Source of the DNA: Thermodesulfobacteriota bacterium | GTDB lineage: Bacteria; Desulfobacterota; GWC2-55-46; JADFVP01 | DNA length: 51,473 nucleotides | Direction of reading: 5' to 3' | Assembly (NCBI GenBank): GCA_046753845.1 | Contig: JBHHUP010000005.1 | Coordinates: forward strand, 1-51,473 | Shown: positions 46,503 to 51,473 of the stretch, piece by piece | How the letters are laid out: every line of letters starts with the position of its first letter | Numbering within the stretch: position 1 is the first letter of the stretch | Notes under the pieces: model-generated | Databases searched by the model: none | Told to the model about the DNA's origin: nothing | What the model saw: only the letters and a program-made list of their open reading frames with translations | Position numbers and translations under genes: made by a program

Positions 46503-48914
46503 TCACAAGATATTCACGGGGTCCATCTCAGCGACAAAACGTGTTGTAGTTGAGGTAAATTTTTCTCTAAACCCCCGGGCAAGCTCTACTACAAAATCAT
46601 GGAGTCTTCGGGGCTCTGCTCCCTTGACGAGCATATGATACCTGTGCTCACCCTTAACCCTCGCCACAAGGGCCGGGGCAGGGCCAAGGCAGGAGATATC
46701 CTCTTCAAAGGCCGGCAGCAGCCTCCGGGCCGCTTGCTGTAATACTCTTGAGGCCTTAAGGGCCGCCCTCTCACCGGGGCCCTCTATCCTTATAAGGGCG
46801 AGCCTTGAAAAAGGCGGGTAAGAGAGCTCTCTACGAATCTTTATCTCCTCGGCGTAAAAACCGTCATAATCGTGCTCCGCCGCCCTCTTAAGGGCGTAAT
46901 GAGAGGAATTTGTGCTCTGTATTACCACCCTTCCCGTTGTCTCACCCCTGCCGCCTCGCCCGGCGGCCTGAGTCACGAGCTGAAAGGTACGCTCAGGAGA
47001 TCGGAAGTCCGGGATATTCAGTGACGTATCGCCTGAGATTATACCTACAAGGGTAATACCGGGGTAATGGTGTCCCTTTGAGACCATCTGTGTGCCGATG
47101 AGCACATCGGCCTCCCCCCTCTCCATGGCCATCATCATGGCCTTCATGGCCCCTTTTTTCCTCGTGGTATCGCTATCCATACGGAGAATTTCTTTCTCCG
47201 GAAAGAGCCTCCGCACCTCTGACTCCACCTTCTCCGTACCCATGCCGGGGTCCTTTAAGTTTATCCCCTTACAGAGCGGACAGCAATCCGGCGCTGCGGC
47301 AGAGTACCAACAGTAATGACAGCGAAGTTTCTTTACCCCCTTATGAAAGGTAAGCGTTACGGAGCAGTTCACACAGGTAAAGCTGTACCCGCAGTCTCTG
47401 CAGATAAGGCACCCAGAAAAACCGCGCCTGTTAAGAAATAGCAAAACCTGATGGCCTCTCATGAAGGTCTCCTTCATGAGAACCAAGAGCCTCTCGGAGA
47501 TAACCTGCCCTCCGCTGCCCTTCATATCCACTATCTCAACAGCCGGCAGCAGCCTCTCCTCTACCCTTTTATCAAGACGAAGCATGGTAAAGCGCCCTCT
47601 GCTGGAGTTATAAAAAGTCTCAACAGCCGGGGTGGCGGAGCCGAGAACAACAGGGATTTTTAAAAACTTTCCAAGCATCAAGGCCGCGTCCCTGCCGTTA
47701 TAGCGCACGCCGTCGTCCTGCTTGTATGAGGGATCGTGCTCCTCGTCCACTATGATAAGGGATAAATCCGCAACAGGAGCGAAGAGGGCGGAGCGGGCCC
47801 CGACTATAATGGACGCCTCGCCGCTCTGAATACGCCTCCACTGACCGCACCTCTCAGACTCTGTGAGTCCGCTGTGATATATTGCAACTTGAGCGCCGAA
47901 CCTCTCTTTAAGGTACTCAGCGGCCCATGAGGTAAGTGCGATCTCAGGTACAAGCAAGAGTGCCCTGCCGCCCGAGCGCACTACCTCTTCGAGTACTTCA
48001 AGGTACACAAGGGTCTTTCCGCTTCCTGTCACACCGTAGAGTAAAAAGGGTGAGAACACCTCTTTTCCCAGGACTTTGCTTATGGCCTCTATGGCGGCCT
48101 TCTGCTCATCATTGGGCTCATGACGGGCGGCGCGGCCGGTAACCGCTCTCATGGGGTCTGGCGAGGCAGACCTCTCCGTTACACTTACAAGGCCCCTGCC
48201 ATTAAGCCTCTTCACCGTAGCCGAGGCATTACCAAATGTTTTATTGAGTTCCCAAAGAGAGGTCTCGCCATGTTCAAGGAGAAACTCATATAGGCGTTTC
48301 TGAGCCGGTCTGGACCTGCCGGGAGCATCAGAGGTATTACAGATTACCGGCGCTATGAGCCTCTCTATCCTGCCCTTATTATTACCCTTTAGCTTAAGGT
48401 CTTCGAGAATAAGACCCCTTGCCAGGAGGCGGGCAAGGACACTGTAGACGGCCCTTCCCCTGAACTTCTTCAATAAGGCCGTAAGGGGTACTTCTTTTTT
48501 GGACTCAGAGATAAAAGAGAGCACCTCCCCTGCAAGCCCCTTTACCACAGTACCGCCCGCGCTGCCGGCAGAGGTTAAGGTAAAAAACCTCCTGCCCTTT
48601 ATCTCCGAGCCCGGCGGGTGTATCAGGGCAAGTACCTGCCCGAGGGGGGCCATGTAATAGGCTGATATCCACTTTAAAAATCTGAAACCACGGGCATCAA
48701 AGATAGGCGCCGCATCAAGGACGTCGATTATATCGCGCACCTTCTTAATATCCGATTGTGTACAAAGGGCCGTCACGTAACCCGTCAGTGCTCTCTTTCC
48801 AAGGGGCACGAGTACACGCTTGCCCACGGCAACGTCGCCGGCGAATCCCGAAGGCACGGCGTAGGTCAAGGGCTTATCGATTGAGACGGGAAGGGCAACC
48901 TCTGCGTAAGACAA
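46503..48914 (-). CDS. priA: Primosomal protein N'
   Basis: Likely TTG 48914 with GGAGG SD; GVTGSGKT, LVPEIAL, DEEHD.SYKQ, SATP, four CxxC pairs, GTQM.SKG, QAAGRGGR. Confidence 0.96.
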   Translation of the reverse strand: MSYAEVALPVSIDKPLTYAVPSGFAGDVAVGKRVLVPLGKRALTGYVTALCTQSDIKKVRDIIDVLDAAPIFDARGFRFLKWISAYYMAPLGQVLALIHPPGSEIKGRRFFTLTSAGSAGGTVVKGLAGEVLSFISESKKEVPLTALLKKFRGRAVYSVLARLLARGLILEDLKLKGNNKGRIERLIAPVICNTSDAPGRSRPAQKRLYEFLLEHGETSLWELNKTFGNASATVKRLNGRGLVSVTERSASPDPMRAVTGRAARHEPNDEQKAAIEAISKVLGKEVFSPFLLYGVTGSGKTLVYLEVLEEVVRSGGRALLLVPEIALTSWAAEYLKERFGAQVAIYHSGLTESERCGQWRRIQSGEASIIVGARSALFAPVADLSLIIVDEEHDPSYKQDDGVRYNGRDAALMLGKFLKIPVVLGSATPAVETFYNSSRGRFTMLRLDKRVEERLLPAVEIVDMKGSGGQVISERLLVLMKETFMRGHQVLLFLNRRGFSGCLICRDCGYSFTCVNCSVTLTFHKGVKKLRCHYCWYSAAAPDCCPLCKGINLKDPGMGTEKVESEVRRLFPEKEILRMDSDTTRKKGAMKAMMMAMERGEADVLIGTQMVSKGHHYPGITLVGIISGDTSLNIPDFRSPERTFQLVTQAAGRGGRGETTGRVVIQSTNSSHYALKRAAEHDYDGFYAEEIKIRRELSYPPFSRLALIRIEGPGERAALKASRVLQQAARRLLPAFEEDISCLGPAPALVARVKGEHRYHMLVKGAEPRRLHDFVVELARGFREKFTSTTTRFVAEMDPVNIL

Positions 48915-49120
48915 CGTAAAAACCTCCCTTACTTTCTTTTGGAAAAAAGAAAGTAAGATAAAGAAAACCAATAGGGGGGAGGCGCACTTTATTGCTAATA
49001 AGATAGCACAGGAGCCCCGCGTAACCCTATAAAGAGATATATCTTAAAATATCTTAACAGAAAAAAAGAAGAGGATAAAAATTTATCTGAGATTAAGGCA
49101 GAAAAACGACTGAGGGGGTA

Positions 49121-50533
49121 CTACTCCTCTACCCACTCTCCCCTGGACTCGTAATCACCGTGGGTAGTATCCTGATTCTCAAACCTCGTATACTGCTTAC
49201 GGAAGGTAAGGTGAATGGTGTCCGTTGGGCCGTTACGCTGTTTTGCCACTATTATCTCGGCATCACCGCGTTTGCCGCAAGAACAATAATCCTTTGGACA
49301 CTCACAGGGCCGATAGACGGAGTCTCTGTAAACGAACATCACCACATCAGCGTCCTGCTCAATGGCCCCGGATTCTCTGAGGTCCGAGAGCATGGGTTTA
49401 TTGCCCTCTCTTCTCTCTGTCATACGCGACAACTGAGACAGGGCCACTACGGGAATATGCAGCTCCTTGGCCATGGCCTTAAGTGAGCGGGATATCTCGG
49501 AAATCTCCTGCTCCCTGCTTGCGCTGCTTCTTCTGCCCCTCATGAGCTGAAGGTAATCCACGATGACCATTTTAAGGCCGAACTCAGACTTCCACCTTCT
49601 CGCCTTGGCCCTCATCTCAAGTACGCTCTGCGCCGGGGTATCGTCAATAAAAACAGGAGCATCAAAAAGCGCGCCAACTGCGTTAGTAAGCCTCGGCCAG
49701 TCTTCTTCTTTTAAAAAACCGCTGCGGAGCTTACCGAGGTCCACCTTTGCCCTTGAGGAGAGCATCCTCTGCACAAGCTGTTCTTTACTCATCTCAAGGG
49801 AAAATACGGCTACAGGGGCCTTGTGATCCAGCGCCGCCATCTCGGCGATATTAAGGGCGAAAGAGGTCTTTCCCATGCTGGGCCTACCGGCGATAATGAT
49901 AAGGTCGGAGTTCTGAAAACCTGCCGTAAGCCTGTCAAGGTCTGTAAAACCCGTGGCAACGCCTGTTATGGCGTTCTTCTTAGCATATAGCTTTTCTATG
50001 CTCTCAAAGGTATCCTTAATGATATCCTTCAGGGCAAAGAAGGTCTTTTTCGCCCTGTCCTGGGTTACCTCGAATATCTTCTGCTCGGAGTCGTCAATGT
50101 ACTCCTCCACGGAATCCATGGACTCGTAACCACGCGCCGATATGGCGGAGGTAGTGGATATCATCCGCCGCAGAAGAGACTTTTCTTTAACAATCTTGGC
50201 GTAATAGGTAATATTGGAGGCAGTAGGCGTGGCCTCGGCAAGAACGCCTATATAAGAAAGACCACCCACGGGACCAAGTATGGTAGTGGTCTTAAAGAGG
50301 TCCGCAACGGTTACGACATCAACAGGGATATTTTTCTCGAAGAGGCTTACCATGCCCTTGAAGAGCTCGGCATGCACCTTGTGGTAAAAATCAGAACCAT
50401 CATCAGTGAGGATATCGAGTATCCTAGCGATGGAATCCTTCTCAATGAGGATACTGCCAAGCACAGACTGTTCCGCCTCAATATTATGGGGCGGAGTCTT
50501 GTAGAGTTCTTCTTTACGGTTACTGACTGCCAT
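49121..50533 (-). CDS. dnaB: Replicative DNA helicase
   Basis: PPHNIEAEQSVLG, GRPSMGKT, FSLEM, VDYLQLM, LSQLSR, DLRESGAIEQDAD, KQRNGP; no intein. Confidence 0.98.
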   Translation of the reverse strand: MAVSNRKEELYKTPPHNIEAEQSVLGSILIEKDSIARILDILTDDGSDFYHKVHAELFKGMVSLFEKNIPVDVVTVADLFKTTTILGPVGGLSYIGVLAEATPTASNITYYAKIVKEKSLLRRMISTTSAISARGYESMDSVEEYIDDSEQKIFEVTQDRAKKTFFALKDIIKDTFESIEKLYAKKNAITGVATGFTDLDRLTAGFQNSDLIIIAGRPSMGKTSFALNIAEMAALDHKAPVAVFSLEMSKEQLVQRMLSSRAKVDLGKLRSGFLKEEDWPRLTNAVGALFDAPVFIDDTPAQSVLEMRAKARRWKSEFGLKMVIVDYLQLMRGRRSSASREQEISEISRSLKAMAKELHIPVVALSQLSRMTERREGNKPMLSDLRESGAIEQDADVVMFVYRDSVYRPCECPKDYCSCGKRGDAEIIVAKQRNGPTDTIHLTFRKQYTRFENQDTTHGDYESRGEWVEE

Positions 50534-50886
50534 GGCGAACTATAAACAGAGGCTAAGGTGTGGTAAGAGCATAGGCCTGACGCATATTCTGTAAGGCGGC
50601 CCTGCTAAAAAAATCATCGTAAAACTGAAGATGCCTGAAGGCAAAAATCCCGGTATGCAGTTAAAGTAAGCACAGTAAGAAATCCCCCCTCCCCCACGCT
50701 CGAATGTTTCTTCCCCTTACTCCCGAAGCCCACAAGCGCAAAGGCTCTACTTTGCAAACCCCCGGCAGCGTCCCTTCTTCCTTAGCCCCCTGCATTAGAG
50801 CGATTGCCCCTGAGCTTTACTTAACCCCCTGGTCCCCTTCCCTGAGATCCCGACCACCAAGCAAGCCCCCCCTTGCCAGGGGGCCC

Positions 50887-51342
50887 TTAGCCTGCGTCCT
50901 GCTTTGTGACTTCTACGGTGATTTTAGCGATTACACCGCCGTAAAGTTTTATCTCTACATCATGCGCGCCGAGCTGTTTAATGGGCTCGATGATGTGGAT
51001 ATGTTTCTTGTCAATGGAGCTAAATCCCTTCTCGTGCAGACCCTTCTCAATATCGCTTGAGGTAACAGAGCCGAAGAGTTTGTCTTCCTCACCGCTCTTT
51101 CTCGCAAAGTTAAGAACAACACCGGAAAGCTCGGAGGCGGACTTTTCTGAAGCGGCCTTTTTTTCTGCTTCTTTCTTGAGATAGGCCTCTTTCTCGGCAT
51201 TAAACTGCCTGAGGTTACCTGGTGTAGCCGCTACGGCCATGCCGCCGGGTATAAGGTAATTCCTCGCGTATCCGGGAGCGACTTTTAATGTATCGCCATA
51301 ATTACCGAGGTTGGTAATATCTTTTTTCAATATAACTTCCAT
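50887..51342 (-). CDS. rplI: 50S ribosomal protein L9
   Basis: MEVIL.....LG..GD...V.PGYARNYLIP, KLFGSVT, PIKQLG. Confidence 0.97.
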   Translation of the reverse strand: MEVILKKDITNLGNYGDTLKVAPGYARNYLIPGGMAVAATPGNLRQFNAEKEAYLKKEAEKKAASEKSASELSGVVLNFARKSGEEDKLFGSVTSSDIEKGLHEKGFSSIDKKHIHIIEPIKQLGAHDVEIKLYGGVIAKITVEVTKQDAG

Positions 51343-51368
51343 CTATACTATCTCCTCAAAGAAGTCTT

Positions 51369-51473
51369 TTACTGGAAATTAAGGGAGCTAAAGGGCAGAA
51401 TCGCAAGTACCCTTGCCCGTTTTATGGCCAGACAAACCTTTCTCTGGTGTTTCGCGCAGGTGCCGGTAATCCT
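51369..51473 (-). CDS. rpsR: 30S ribosomal protein S18, C-terminal part (5' end outside the window)
   Basis: Manual translation [37 protein letters not shown]; directly upstream of rplI. Confidence 0.95.
   Translation of the reverse strand, partial: RITGTCAKHQRKVCLAIKRARVLAILPFSSLNFQ

Noticed and set aside
50704-51060. 118-aa plus-strand ORF
   Set aside because: It is Pro-rich because of C runs and overlaps rplI antisense; there is no coding evidence.

Overview
This is a core-genome segment with a gene order and protein style typical of a deltaproteobacterium-like (Desulfobacterota-type) bacterium; the taxonomy is an inference. No IS, prophage, CRISPR array, rRNA or tRNA is evident. Left to right it holds: a partial class II tRNA nucleotidyltransferase; a 1582-aa TPR protein with a huge acidic linker containing a 327-bp duplication; a lipoyl/octanoyl transferase, accC, accB, an M24 peptidase, aroB, aroK and aroC; an exported rhodanese divergent from tusA-like and udp-like genes and slp; HDOD, rpe, TlpA and trxA; TPR, LolB-like, carD, ispD, ispF, gltX and cysS; PilZ, nitroreductase, ftsY, rfaE2 and comF; a histone-H1-like protein; tatC, tatB and usp; a deacetylase, rhomboid and AKR; a cytochrome b / OmpR / HK operon; folM, folX/B and folK; a pseudogene; gdh, yqgE, glnA and glnB (sigma54 promoter); priA, dnaB, rplI and partial rpsR. 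The best hidden signal is the 91-aa ORF at 13859-14134, which is very probably a 133-aa signal-peptide-bearing selenoprotein rhodanese (in-frame UGA in a YCT-U-P active-site loop, followed by a bacterial SECIS-like hairpin). It faces a TusA plus a uridine phosphorylase whose uracil-recognition residues are altered, suggesting a possible S/Se-handling module.
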